Source: Psammoneis japonica (Eukaryota). Taken from it: DNA of 64,000 bases. Location of the stretch: positions 121,681-185,680 of the forward strand of contig QPGO01000095.1 of the NCBI GenBank assembly GCA_008632985.1, given 5' to 3'. A program made the position numbers and the translations under genes. A model generated the notes under the pieces. The model was not told where the DNA came from and made no database searches. It saw only the letters and a program-made list of their open reading frames with translations. Positions 35,464-49,054 of this stretch are shown piece after piece. Within the stretch, counting starts at the first letter, position 1. The number at the start of each line of letters is the position of its first letter.

Positions 35464-38400
35464 GAAAAGCTCATGAATGACACTGACCACAGACTTGTCT
35501 AAAAAAAAAAAAAGGATTCATTTGCAAAGACCAGCAGGTGCCTTGGCAAAGGAGAAGATGACAGTGCCACCAATTGGCGCCAGTTTTGACCTCTCTTGGC
35601 AAATTGCCAGAGAACGAGGAGCAAACAGCAAGAGGAGCACATGGAGGTGATGCGACATGAAGACATGCCAGGCTTCTTGTCTGCAGTGCACTGTAGAGCA
35701 GGTCATTGTGCTCAAACAACTGGATGTGCTGGCTCTCTAAAGCTTCCACAAGACATTGCAGTTTTCAGCATGCCTTGTTCATGTGCTGTTCAACCTTGGC
35801 TGGATGCAGGCATTGTTGGCTCTGGCTGGTGGTGGTGCACTGGAGCCAATGAAGAGCAGCTGCAAGAACTGCAGGGAAATGCAAGACTCATCAATTAGAG
35901 ATCTGCACTCCATTTACCACAATTCATGGCATCGCAGGGCCACAACCTGCTTTTCGAGTCAAGGAGGAAACGCAATCTCAAAACTCGAAAACGAACTCAA
36001 ATCCATTGCATTCTGCATCTGAGACCGGCTGTCGACTGTCCCATCTTGCGCGTGGATCAACGATCTGCGTGCGCGGAGATTGAAGAGCCATCGTTGCATT
36101 CAAAAATCGATCAACGATCAAGGCAAGCTTTTCATGCTGCAGCAGTTGGTGGTTCGTGTTTGCACAACCCTTCTCAACAGATGTTGCTTGGGGCAACCTC
36201 GGGATGACCTGTGTGACACTGCGACACTGCGACACTGCTGGTTTTCTAGAGCTCTAGAAAAATTGCAACAACAAATTATTTCTTCTCTTTTGTGGACAGC
36301 CAATCTCCAGAAAAGCAGCATTGTTGCATTCATGCTTGGCATGTCTGTTGCATCAAATGATGGGCACCACACTGCAAGAGAAAAGGCCAACATGCACACA
36401 GGGTTTTCAATCACAGGGAATTCCTTGTTTGACCCTGAATTTCCTGAAATGAGGAAAGACAAGGAAACCAGATGATGAGGAAAAATTAATTGTCGTGATG
36501 TTTGCTGTTGCAACATGATCCTTTAATCTGCTGGCGGTCGACAAGAACTTGTCTCTTAGAGTGGAACCTGCAGCCACCAATGCACTTCAACACACTGCAT
36601 TCAATGAGCAAGACAGATGCTGTTGGGCACCACATTCTTGAGTCCAAAGAGACAACATGCTCCCATGTTCTCTTCTCCAGCATGTGTTCTCTCCAATGGA
36701 GTCCACAACAAGCACAAGCTGGGAGAAGAGACACTCAACAGATGCACTTCTCAACATGAGGAGCTCCTTGAGCTTTCTCTGGCTGTCCACACCTGCATTT
36801 TTTGCTCATGGTGGAGTGCCGAAAGCGCACGCGCAGCACCGCAACTGACGTCACAATCTGCGCAGGATTCTGTGCGAATCTCAGTGCAAGATTTTTCCTT
36901 GTCTTCTTCCTTGTCTCAGGCTGACCACTTCTTTGCAATCAAAAACCCTGCCAACATGAAATGCATCACAGCACATGATCACACACACTGATTGCAGCCG
37001 CACTCTCCACCATGGCTGGCAAACATGGCAGCAACGGTGGTGCCAGGAAAGGTGCTGGACGGCCTTGCATTGCCATGACTCATGGGAAGTTGAAACAGCT
37101 TCTTTCAAGGTGAGTCAGGGGGGGGGGGGGGGGGGCAGAAAAAGCCCCATTCAAAGCCTTGTTGGATTCTTCTTTGCCTTCTTCTCCACAGCTGTCAGCT
37201 CCGTTTGATGTGAGCTTTTGCATCACAAACAATGCTCAGCTCTGCTGGAAGGTCACCATGTCAGTGAGTGATGCCGATTGCAGTGATGTCTCTGATGGAT
37301 TGTTGCTCTCCAGATTGGTCAATGGCAAGGTCTGTCTGGCTTTGCATGGCTGCATGAAACTCAAGTCATTTGGTGCATGGTGCTTGTGACAAGAGCAGGG
37401 AAAATGCAAATGCTGGCAATCTCAGTTTCTGCTTTGCAATGCAAAACGTGGGTTGTCAACCATGGTGTTGTCGACGCTGTCAACATTTTTGTCATTCCAT
37501 GAAAAATCCCATGCATTGGCACTTGAAGTGGAATTTTGAATGGAGACACATTGTTTGAAGAGACACCACAAGTGAGCTGAAGTGTTTCCGGCTTCTCAGC
37601 CACAATCAGAAAAAGGCAGATTGTGGGAGCATGTTCCAGGCACAGTCTGCAGCAGTCTCTTCAAAAAGTGGGGCAATCTAGCCAAGCAGCCTTCTTGTGT
37701 TTTTCATCAACAATGACGACAAATCTTGATGCAGTGGGGCACACCACCAAGGCAACACATTGTTCGTCAAGTTCCGTTGGACGAGAGAAGTGGGGCCGGT
37801 GTGTTTTCTCATCAATCTGCCCCAGCTGCCACATCTGCAGAGCATCGCGGCAAGGTGAGGCCAGACAGGATGAGAGCAGCAACCAATGAGAGTGCATTCC
37901 CTCTCCCCTGCTCACTGGGAGTTGCTGACACAGTGTGACTGGCTGAACTGCTTTCGCGTGCTGTCAAGGAGCCAGTCATTGCCACACCGCTGTTGCAGCC
38001 AGCAGGATGCACCCGCTTGCAATGGTTCCACCCCCTCCTCTCACAGGTCACTTGCTCCCACCACAGCATTTGCCTTTCCACCACAAGTGCCACCTGCATT
38101 TCCACCAGAGCATTGCCACCAAATGATGCCTTGTCCCCCAACCTGTGCCAACCAGCCCACCACCTGCTCTTCCCAAAAGTGGCAGATTGCAGATTGCCAC
38201 AAAAATGCTCCATGCCCTTGAATTTTCTGCAATGAACAAAGATTGATGTAAAACAAAAAAGTGAGGAAATTGGTGAAAGCGCCATTGGCAATCGAAGTGG
38301 CACTTGCCTGTCTCGAATCGCACATTCAATTTTTTGACACTTTTTGCAAAAAACCACAAATCCACAATTCTCGCTGACATAAAATGTGACCAAACTTGTC

Positions 38401-38887
38401 AGATGGATTGTGAAAATGTTGTTTAGAATGAAAAAAGAAATGGGATAAATGTTGTTGTTGTGTGCTGCAACTTGCACCCAAGCCATGTCATGGTCGCCAA
38501 CTGTGGTTTCAACAAACTCAAGATTTTACATCCCGGTTACTTTTGGGCGATGAGGCTTGCTTCGCTCGCCGTTAAATTCAAGCGGTCACCAACCAGCCCA
38601 AAAAATTTGCCACGATCAACCCTGGTGCAACCATGAGCAAGAAGTCATCCACGCCACTTCAGGCGCCTTCTCAACACTCGACGCGATGCAAGATTGCAGT
38701 GCCACGTGCATTTGAGAAAGATTTTTATGTGATGGTCACTTCTTTTAAAACCTTGTGGCAATGTGAGCTTGATTGCCTTGCTGGAACAAAATCACTGGGA
38801 GGCACAAACAGTGAGCGCACCGTCAACATTCGAGCCCCCAAAGTGTTCCATGCCAGCTGAAAATGACAAAATGAAAGAAAATTACAG

Positions 38888-39160
38888 AACTTGGAACTCT
38901 CGGGTGGACTCGACTCATAAGTAGAATAGTTGGAATGCTTGTCGGACTTTTGGATTTTGGCGAAACGCAGGATACAGTATCAAGCTGTTGATCATATCAC
39001 GGACAATTCCCACAATTATCCTGCGACGAACTTGGAACTCCCGAGCGGACACGACTCACAAGTAATAGTTGGAATGCTTATCGGACACTTTGGGATTTAA
39101 GCGAAACGCCGGATATCAAACTGTTGATCACAACCCGGGGCAATGCCCACAATTATACTG
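38888..39160 (+). repeat. About 135-bp tandem duplication upstream of GACC-repeat gene 1
   Basis: aacttggaactc...aatagttggaatgctt.tcggac...gcgaaacgc.ggata...ctgttgatca...cccacaattat occurs at 38888-39023 and 39029-39160. Confidence 0.85.
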
Positions 39161-39418
39161 TTCATGCCTACCAGGAATTGCACAGAATAACGAGATTTGG
39201 GTATCACCTTCACCGTAACGGCCTACGATTGAGAATAATTGGCATAAATGTTTCAATTATGAGAATATGACGGTCGAAACAGTTTGATCAACGCATCCCA
39301 GAGATGATAATCGAGGAACCGTTGCTGCGGAAGCTCACATTTTTCTCTCCAAGGAGTTCACTCCCTTACAGTCAACAAAGAGTGAAGAAACAAAACTGTT
39401 TCGTGGGTGTTGAAAAAG

Positions 39419-41780
39419 ATGAAAGTTGCTAGTGTAGGAGTATTTCTCCTCGCTGTCCTTATTCCGCAGGAGATAAACGGAAGGAGTGCGTAGTAGAGAT
39501 TCATTTGTTGGGTATTTCTCTGCTGTTGGTCACCAATGTCTAACCCGTTGTTATTGATGTTGTCTTTCAGCTCCAACAAGACCGTGTTGTTTTCCAAGTT
39601 CTTGTGTAATTACTTCGGAAAGCAAATGTGATGCAGCGGGAGGCGACTGGCTGAATATCCGAAGTTGTGCTTATTGTCCTACACCGAGTCCAACCCCATC
39701 TCCTACGCCAAGTCCGACACCGTCTCCAACACCTGCTCCTACCCCGAGTCCGACACCTGCTCCGACGCCGAGTCCAACGCCGGCCCCCACCCCATCTCCT
39801 ACACCGAGTCCAACCCCATCTCCTACGCCAAGTCCAACCCCATCTCCTACGCCAAGTCCGACACCCGCCCCGACGCCGAGTCCAACGCCGGCTCCTACGC
39901 CAAGTCCGACACCGTCAACACCTGCTCCTACCCCGAGTCCTACGCCTGCCCCGACGCCGTCTCCCACTCCGAGTCCGACACCGTCTCCAACACCCGCTCC
40001 GACGCCGTCTCCCACTCCGAGTCCAACACCGTCTCCCACTCCAAGTCCAACACCTTCTCCCACTCCGAATCCCAAGGGTGCATGTTGCTTTTTCCATGGA
40101 TGTCGCGAAGTGACGGAAGAAGATTGCGATTCAATCTATGGCACGTGGCGCGGTCCTAATACCGCTTGCTCAAAGCAGGCATGCAAGGGAGCCTGCTGCA
40201 TCGACTCGTGGCCGCATTGCTTCGAAACGAAGGAATCAAAGTGCAAAAATGGTGTTTTCGAAGGAGTTGGAACTTACTGTGATGATTCCGATACGTGTAC
40301 TACTCCACCGCCAACACCCTCACCTACTCCTGCGCCAACGCCCTCTCCTACACCGAGTCCCACCCCATCGCCAACGAGTCAGGTGCCCGGAGCTTGTTGC
40401 TACCTCCATGGATGTGTTTCTGTAACCGAAGATCAGTGCACTTCGAAATACTCAGGCACGTTTATTGGTCAGGGTAGTGAGTGCTCAAAGCATGTTTGTA
40501 AGGGGGCCTGCTGCACAGATTCCTGGCCGTATTGCTTCGAAACGAAGGAATCAAAATGCAAAAATGGTATTTTCGAAGGAGTTGGAACGCTCTGTAAGGA
40601 TTCCGATACGTGTACTACTCCACCGCCAACGCCCTCACCTACTCCTGCGCCGACGCCCTCTCCTACACCGAGTCCCACTCCATCGCCAACGAGTCAGGTG
40701 CCCGGAGCTTGTTGCTTTAAACATGGATGTGTTTCTGTAACCGAAGATAAGTGCACTTCGGAATACTCTGGCACGTTTATTGGTCCGAATAGTGAGTGCT
40801 CAAATCATGTTTGTAAGGGGGCCTGCTGCACAGATTCCTGGCCGTATTGTTTTGAAGCCAAGGAATCAAAGTGCAAAAATGGTGTTTTCGAAGGAGTTGG
40901 AACCTTCTGTAATCATCCTGATACGTGTCCGACCAACAGTCCAACGACGTCTCCATCTGCTCCAGCGGAATCGCCTGGCGCATGCTGCTTCCCGAAGCAT
41001 TCAAAATGTTTGGACAAGACAGAGGAACTTTGCAACTCCAGCGGGGGTGATTACCGGGGCGCTGGAACAAAATGTTCGGATGACGAAGTTTGCCCGACGA
41101 CTGGGGCTTGTTGCGTCAAGAATTATTTGTGCCTGGACCTCCCACAGCATTTATGCGGCGACAGCCCGAATGTCTTTTTCGGCATTGGCAGCAAATGCGC
41201 TGATGAAAAAGATTGGTGCCCTTTGGAAACCAAAACACCGGCTCCTACGCCTCGAGCAGTTGTCAAGGGCGCATGCTGCTTCTCCAATGGAAAATGCAAG
41301 TCGTTGACAGCTCGCAAATGTAAAAGCAGGTATGGAAAATACCAAGGAGATAACGTCCCGTGCAATCTTGATTGGACTTGCCCTACCATTGTTTCCAATC
41401 TTTCTGGCGCATGCTGCTTTGCCAGCGAAGGTATTTGCAAGATGTTCAAGGGAAAGAAGTGTATTCGAAAAGGAGGATCATACGCTGGGCCGGGGAAAAA
41501 GTGCAGCATAAAGACTTGTCCCGCCGCGTTTGGAGCTTGTTGCCTGTCTGGCGGCTGCAAGAATTCTCAGGTTGCCTCTTGCCACCGCCGAAAAGGCCGA
41601 TTTCAAGGATTGGGCTCTCGTTGCTCCGAGGTCAAATGCACAGCAAGAAAGGGGGCCTGTTGCTGGAGAAACGGCGAGTGCCTGATGCTCAACGAGAAGA
41701 AATGCTGGAAGAAGGATGGGCATTTTGTTGGCGAAGGTTCTAAGTGCAGGCGTGGATACTGCCCAATTAAGGTGCATTAG
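39419..41780 (+). CDS. Secreted Pro/Thr/Ser-rich (PTPSPT)n protein with 12 Cys-rich GACC repeats, paralog 1 (~758 aa); exons 39419-39485 and 39571-41780
   Basis: Signal peptide [15 protein letters not shown]. An 85-nt gtgcgt...ttcag intron gives [14 protein letters not shown], in frame with ORF 40110-41780. Confidence 0.82.
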
Positions 41781-41949
41781 GTAAAGGTTTCACATGTATT
41801 TTTTGTGGACAGTGCCCTGTTAGCATTAGGGCGTTGTTTTGACCATCACAGTTGGGACCGGATCCAAATTGGCGCGATCCATATTATTTCACCTGTATTG
41901 GCCACTTGTTGTACGTTTGGTCCATTGCTAAACTTACATGTGATGTGCA

Positions 41950-44900
41950 TCACCATGTTGAATGTTCAGTGACAAAATTTGATGCGGGGCCTTGGACGCA
42001 ATGCCAGCTCTGGGCGGGAAAAGATCAACTCGATTTGGCAACGGCTGGAGAAGCAATCCTTCCACCTGCCATGCATTTTGCCGAGCATGCAGCTGAGATG
42101 GATCAATGCACTTGCTTGGAAAGGAGGAAGAGCTTGCCTTGTTGCATGACAAGATTTGCGTGCCATGCACGTTGCTGTCTCATTTCTCACATTGCGCTGT
42201 GTCAAAACATTTTCACCACAAAATGTGGCCAGCAGAGTCTTGAAGATAACAGCAAGCTCTCAAACTGCCAGAAGTGCCTTGTTGTTTCCTCCATGGAAGA
42301 CAAAAACATGCTGTCTTGTGGGCTGCATCAAGACATTGTGTGAGTGCATTGTCATTGAGCCTGAACAAATCTTTGTCAAGTGATTGGCAGCAAGTTTGCT
42401 CCTGGCCTGACTGCAGTTTGCCAGTCACAGAGTGTGCAGTCTCCGTGAAAAAGGACTCAACTGTGGAGACAAGGAAAACTCATCTGTGCAGAAAGGGCTT
42501 GAAAACAGCAATGGGTTTGTGGGTTGGCACAAATCATGATGTGGCACTCACTCACCCCCCCCCCTGCAAAAGGCACAAAAATGGAAGCATGGCTGCAAAC
42601 AAAGCCAAACAGGTGCTTCTGTTTGAAGCTATTGTGCCTCTCAGCTTGGTCTTGGTGTTGCATGGTTTTGGACATGCTGCAGCTCTTTTTGATGGAGTGG
42701 AAGCAAAGTGACAGCACACTTGGAGTTTGACCACTTTTGTGTGTGTGGGCTCATTTTTTGTGTGTGCTTTGTTGCTGACATGCTTTGATGCAACTTGTGC
42801 ACAGTGGGCAAAACACACTTTGTGAAAAATGCACAAACTGTGTTGCACAAGAAGCAAGTCAACAGCCACAGGCTGCACATTCCTTTTCAGAGACATGAGA
42901 TGAGCATGTGAAACCTGAAGAATTGCCAACTGCAGGAGATGGCAGGTTTCAAACAGGATTTTGGCATGGCTGCAGATAATTTTCAGTTGTGCACACAAAT
43001 TGTGCATCACAATTTGGCTTTGCACCTGCATTCGTGCACTGCAATTTTGATCTTGTCAAGCTGTGCAGTTCACAAGAACAACAGAGACTTCAACACATTG
43101 CATTCACAAAGAACACAGCACACTTGCAGCTGAGTTTTGCTCTGAAAAGCAAGACATGTTTTCATGGTGCGCACAAATGCTCCACAGCAGCACATTGCAT
43201 CTTTGCTTCAGCCAACTGACCCTCTGTTCATCATCACTGGCACATGTTTTCCAATGCTGCCTGCTGGTGGGGACTGTCAATGAATTGTGTTTCTTGGCAC
43301 CTGCAGTGGCTCTTGACCTTGGAATTTGCCTGCTGCTTGACAGCAGCAAGGTGTGCTGTGTCTTTTTGTCAAAAACATCTCACTCAATTTCTGTCAGATT
43401 GATGGTCTTGAATGTGTCATTGCTCCCCTGCCTGATTGTTCTGGTGCCATTGTCATTGCCTGATTGACATGCATTGTTTTGGCAGAGAGAGATCATTTGA
43501 TTATCTTTGTTGCCAAAGTTGTTGACACCATGTTGGAGAAAGGTTTGTTCAATTGTCTTCATTGTTGCCAAAGACATTTCTGCCATGTCCTTTTTTGGAT
43601 TGCACACTGGCCAAATTCCAGCAAGGGAAGTGGAGTGACAGATTGCACTGTTTGCTGCTTTTGCCATTGTGTTGTCACATCACACATGTGGTCAATTGCT
43701 TTCACAGATCTGGGTTGTCAACTGTGCTTGTCCACCTGATTTCAGCCCCCTTGTTGGCAAATGGCTCCTCCCCACACAAGTGAACACTGCACACATGTTT
43801 GTGCCAGCTTGCCATTTGCTTCATTGTGCATCAAGGTTTCTTCAAGGCAGTGGTGCAGCCAGACCAAATCAACTGGGAAAGGGCCAACTGCAAGCAAAGC
43901 AAGCACACCCCATGCAATTGGAAACATGGTGTGGCACCACCCTTTTTCCTGGAATGGGAGGCTGAGGTGGTTGACAGCCTTGCCAGGGAAGAACAAGAGG
44001 CACCTGCTGAACAGGAAAAATCACACAGACAACATTCAATGCATTTTTTGCATGTTTTCATGATTTGACATCTGAGCCAAATGGGCAGTTTCCAAATCTT
44101 CTTGCCACCATGTGCCACTTCTTAACCACTTTCTCCAAGTCCAGGCCCTCTGCTGCAAAGTCACTTGCCTGCAGATCAGCAGTGGGTCTGAGGACACCAG
44201 CCTGTTGTCTCCTGTGGCATTTTTGAGGTGGTTTTTGAAGAAGCTCATGAGGGAGAAGGCTTGCTCCATCTCAGTGCTTGTTTGCTGAAAAGCACAAACC
44301 TTGCTCACAGACCATCAAAACTTTCTTGAAGAAAGAGTCCTTGACAGGTTTCAACTTGAGAAAGGAGAGGACATCTGCAGCTCTTTCATCTCACCAACCA
44401 AACTCCTTTTTGCAAGTGGGGTTGCTGCAGGGGTTTTTGACCCACTTGCAAAAATGATCTCCAGGGCACACGCTCAATCATTTTCTCCTTGGGTGAGCCC
44501 AGGTTGAAGTCTGGCAAGCACTGGCCTTCAAATGCCACAAGACAATGTCAAACTTGGAGAATGAGCTCTTGGGTCTCAGAGCATCCAGCTCCAAAAAGAT
44601 TTCTGTTGCTCCATCAACTGAAAGCCAGAGCTCCTCATCTCTTTAATTGCCAAGTCACAGACTGGAGCAAAAACATCATCCTCAAAATGTTGCTTCACAG
44701 TTTGTTTTGGAGGGGGGCATCAGGTCCTGGGACACCAGCTTGGCCTTTGTTTCTGGACCTCCTGCCTCTCCCACCTTGACAATTGTCTTTTTTGTCTGGG
44801 ATCAGCCAGGATGGCATCTTCACCATTGACCAACTCACATGGAGATTCTCAATGCAGCTCACAGTCTTTGTCCAGACTGAGCAGGTCCAAGATCAACCAA

Positions 44901-47900
44901 TGGATCTAGAGCTGCTTTGAAAAGACATTCATTTTTTTGAATGTCTGTTGCACCATGGCAACACAAAAGAAAAACCCAAAGGTCAAGACATGGGTCAGCA
45001 CACCTTCCATTTCAGCCTCTCATTTGCTGGTGCTGGTTGTCTCTTCATCATCAATCAGCTGAGAAAGAGACAAACACACCACCACAGAGTTGTTGCACAT
45101 CAAGTCAGCTGTTTGATTGTTCCCCATCCAACAAGTCTCAGAAGGTTCTGGCATGGCCTGCTTTGTGCCCTTGTGGTTCTTGGCTAAATCTAACTGTGAT
45201 GGTTTCTGGTCACATTTGTTGAGCTGGGCCTCTGCCATCTTTTCATTGCCCCAGCAACCAAGGGTGCTCTCAAGCATGGCTTGTCACTTGGAGGAACCTG
45301 TGACCATGTTCCAAACCAACCACACTGTGTGAAGAAACTGAAAGAGCAGTGGAACCCCAACAAGAATGCCCTCAACATCCAGGGGTTGAGCTTGTGGCTA
45401 AAACAAGGAACACAGTGCAATGTTGGATGCAATCACTTGATTGAGGCTTGCAAACCACCCACAACATGTTGGATCTGCCACAGGCTTGTCCTCATGCACT
45501 GTCTTGGCTTGGGCCAACTTCTTTCAACAACTCAGTGCACTGGTGCTTTGATCCACATCTTGCTGATGTGTGCTCCTGCCATGCAGTCATTGTTGTGAAT
45601 CAACCCCCACCCCATGCAACAGCTGATTGCCCAGAGTGCCAAACCCCACTCTAATCTGACAATGGCAACAAACACATTTTGACACTTTCCTTCCACACAT
45701 GCTTCTGACCAGTTGCACTCATTGGTTCACAACTTCTGGAAGCAGCGGCATTGCTTCCCACACCTGCCACTTCCTCTTTTCATGGCAGTGTTTGATTTGG
45801 ATGCCCTTGCACTGACAGCACTTTGTCTTGTTTCATGCTCAGATCTGGACAGAGACTTTGGGGCATTCACACATGTGTGTGAACTTAAGAAGTCCATCAA
45901 GAGCTTGTGAAGGCATCTGCGCAGTTCTTTTGTGAGCAAATTTGTTTGTGGGTGGGGCTCCACCATGGTCTCTAGCAGAGTTTTCTCTTTTCGAAAGAAC
46001 CCCATTTGTTGACATCCCAACCAATGCAACAAAAGTCATGTTGTGTCAGGTCTTGCTTGTTGGGTTTGTTTGACATCCTCTCAGCAACTCAAAAGCAACC
46101 AAGTGCAAACAAAGAGAACACTGATGTGTGGCAGAAATCAAAATTCTGGAAAAAGGAGTGGGCAATGCTGCTGGCAGTGCAGCTTGACGTGACTTCTGTC
46201 AGAGTGCCAATGGTGTGAGCAACAAGAAAAAGAGCTCTCTGCAAACCAGCAACAGTCTGTGGGGTGCAAATCAATCTGGGTGACTTTTGAAGGAGTCAGA
46301 AAGAGCAAAGCAACAAAGGGCAATTCTGCAGATGCCTGAAAACAAGCAGAACAGCAACTCAATGGAAGTGACCCATCATCCGTTGGGCGTGAAAGGTGTG
46401 CAGTGTCAACCCAAGAGCCTTGGCAAGGTCATTGCTCAGGCCAACAATGCCAGGAATGTGTCAAGGGACAATGTAACTGGCATCCTTCCAGCCTTGAAGG
46501 GCAGGCCACTGAACATCAATGTGGTGGCAAGAGTGCTCAGTTGGGCCCGGTTGTTGACAATCCTGATGGTGGGCTCATTGTCAACATGGAAAAAAGCAGG
46601 ACCCTCCTGAAAAAAACCAAGTTCCTCAAGGACAGAGTGAAGATGCAGGGCTTGTTTGGCAGTGGCACCAGCAGCATGAAACTCAGCTTCAGTTGAGCTC
46701 ATGGCAGCTGCCATCTGTGTCTTGCAACAATGTGAGATGGTGGCACCAGCCAACATGCATGTGCATGCCCAGCACAGTGAAGCAATGACTGTGAAGGTCA
46801 TTTCAATGTGCAGCATCCAAGGAAACATGGAGTTGGGTGAGGGTGTCAGGGGGTGGGATCCTTGCAAGCTTCTTGCAGTTGATGTCCCAATGCTTTGTGT
46901 GATGCAGGCACTTGGCAACACCTTTCCATGCCATGTGATGTTTCAGTGTTGGGGTTGGCACAAACTTTGACAATGCCATGATGGCATGCCCAGCGTCAAG
47001 TCGTCAGATGATGTGTGCATGCAACAACTCACCAAATGGGTTGCAATGCCCAAAGCCTTGTGCTTCCACCAGCTCAGCATGATGTTCATGGGTGCCTTCT
47101 GCAAGACCAATGTCAGAACACAATGTGGAGACAGAATTGATGGGGAGAGGAGTGGCCTGGAAATCAGAGCCCAATTCATCCGCAGCAGGTTTCAACCAAC
47201 CATGTGATTTCAGAATGTGATCAATGTGACTGCGACAAGCAATGGAGGCAGAGTCACACACTGGTGGACATGCACACCATTGAACTCCATGCAGAGGCCC
47301 AAATGCATGAAAGGCATGTCATCCTTGCCAGGGATCTGCAGCAATTCACCAACTGCATCAAAAATCTTAACAGCAATTGATTCCTCTGGGCAAGTGGGCA
47401 AGCAAGGATCAAGAAAACATTGACCTGTCAAAGGAGGAGGATGCACTTGCCTTCAAAGGTCCCAGCACAAATGCACTTGTCACAAGCAGTGTTCTGAAAC
47501 AGGAACATCACATCTGTGGCAGCCACATGAGTCATCATGGCCACAGTGGTGACAGAGCTGTGGGGGTGTGGTGAAGAGAAAGGAGGCCACAAGAGAAGAG
47601 GCTCTCTTGACTCATCAACGTGCAGCGCAATGTTGGTGAAAGAAAAGAGCAGGTTTGCCGCGGCTCAAGAGGCGCAAATTGGTGAAAGAAAAGTGGGCTT
47701 GCTGCAGCTCAAGAGGTGCAAAGAAGTTGAAATTGACCACTGCATCGATTTGTTTTGGCTCTTTCGCGAGCAGATTGTTCATTGGCAGTTCTTCATGGGT
47801 CAGGGAGTTCTCTGTGTAGCTGCATGTGCTCGCACCGCACCGCACCGTAGCCAACAACCCTCCCCCCCCCAACACACACAGAACACGCGCAGGGCGGCAA

Positions 47901-47970
47901 AATTCAAAATCGGCCATCACTGCACTCACCACGCGCTGGTCCAATTGCAATGCTCGTCAATCATCACAGT
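41950..47970. other. TpA/CpG-depleted hypermutated domain 5
   Basis: TA nearly absent (survivors include atctagag, ctaaatctaac, ctctaatc). Ends about 30 bp before the MITE at 48000. Confidence 0.85.
46400..47480 (-). mobile_element. Decayed Ty1/copia RT-RNase H fragment
   Basis: PFMHLGL.MEFNGV, HIDHILKSHGW, GELLHAHI and AMSSTEAEFHAA..AKQALHLHSVLEELG..QEGP..FHVDNEPTI are copia motifs with His at expected Tyr positions. Confidence 0.8.
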
Positions 47971-47999
47971 CCTTTAGAAAACACCAACTTCACGTTTAA

Positions 48000-48489
48000 C
48001 GTGGTACGGGTACAAAAGTGGGCCAGATTCTACGCACGTAGAGCTTAGTATGTTTTCTACACAAATCGCCAAAGTCGGCTCGCCAACTTGAACCCTCTCC
48101 AGGACGATGGAAACTTGGACATTTCACATAACAAAGTGTTTTGACTACTTAATTACACTCTCCTCGACTTGTTTATGACGAGAAGTTACAAGTTTTCATA
48201 GGTTTCTGATGATATATAACGAATCTAATCAGAAAGGTGCCGAAATCGCGACGTTCGAGTTTTAAAGAGCTATACAAAACGAGAAACCCATGGAAACTTG
48301 TAACTTCTCGTCATAAACAAGTCGAGGAGAGTGTAATTATGTAGTCAAAACACTTTGTTATGTGAAATGTCCAAGTTTCCATCGTCCTGGAGAGGGTTCA
48401 AGTTGGCGAGCCGACTTTAGCGATTTGTGTAGAAAACATACTAAGCTCTACGTGCGTAGAATCTGGCCCACTTTTGTACCCGTACCACC
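48000..48489. mobile_element. Young foldback MITE with 208-bp TIRs, 74-bp spacer and TTAA flanks (Kolobok- or piggyBac-type TSD)
   Basis: 48000-48207 matches the reverse complement of 48282-48489 with about 5 mismatches. TTAA at 47996-47999 and 48490-48493. Confidence 0.9.
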
Positions 48490-49054
48490 TTAACATTTGA
48501 CACTATCAACATACCGGTACATGTTTACACGGTATGCCAAATGTTCGGAGCTCAAATTAATGAACTACTGTACTTTCACACAAACTGTTGACCGGGTTAT
48601 GTAACACCAGATGATTGCAAAGTCATTGAGTTGAGCGAACGGATCGGCACTTACTGCCGGGGCAGAACACACTTATGTACACACCTTTTACGTCTGAAAT
48701 GACTTTGGATATCCAAAACAGGGGGAGAAACACAATTGTTTTTGCAAGGAATTGTGCCGAAAAAATGGAAGTTTGGTTACACCTCGCTCATTACACCCTC
48801 GGTCGTTTACTGTTCGTGACTTCCCCACCCAACGTGACGACACTTTCAACAACAGGATAAATGTTTCACTTAGAGACAAAAACAATTTGGTCGGCACTCC
48901 CTTCTTTCCTGCAGTATGAACACAACCAGTGAATTTGAAAGTCCCAGTCACATTTTTTTCCCTCACAGGAGAAAGAAAGTTATTTTCGACGCATCTAACG
49001 ATTCAGTTGCGAACAAGCGCGACTCTTTCATATTGACAAACGTATTCTTCAGAG

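Larger units (their letters stand above)
30985..38880. other. TpA-depleted hypermutated domain 4 (3' pol and downstream decayed repeats; distal 3' LTR partly spared)
   Basis: TA frequency collapses after the GY|CH codons at about 30982. Normal composition resumes at about 38880. Confidence 0.8.

Noticed and set aside
19211..37135. (GA)n microsatellite at about 19211-19229 and poly-G run at about 37118-37135
   Set aside because: Ordinary simple repeats with no further structure.
38545..38570. Small hairpin ggcga...ggcttgcttcgctcgcc, possibly a transposon terminal structure
   Set aside because: Single short occurrence with no partner end or TSD found.
39678..40070. Repeat array considered as CRISPR-like
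   Set aside because: It is a 12-nt-period coding repeat with no unique spacers and no cas genes, in a eukaryotic context.
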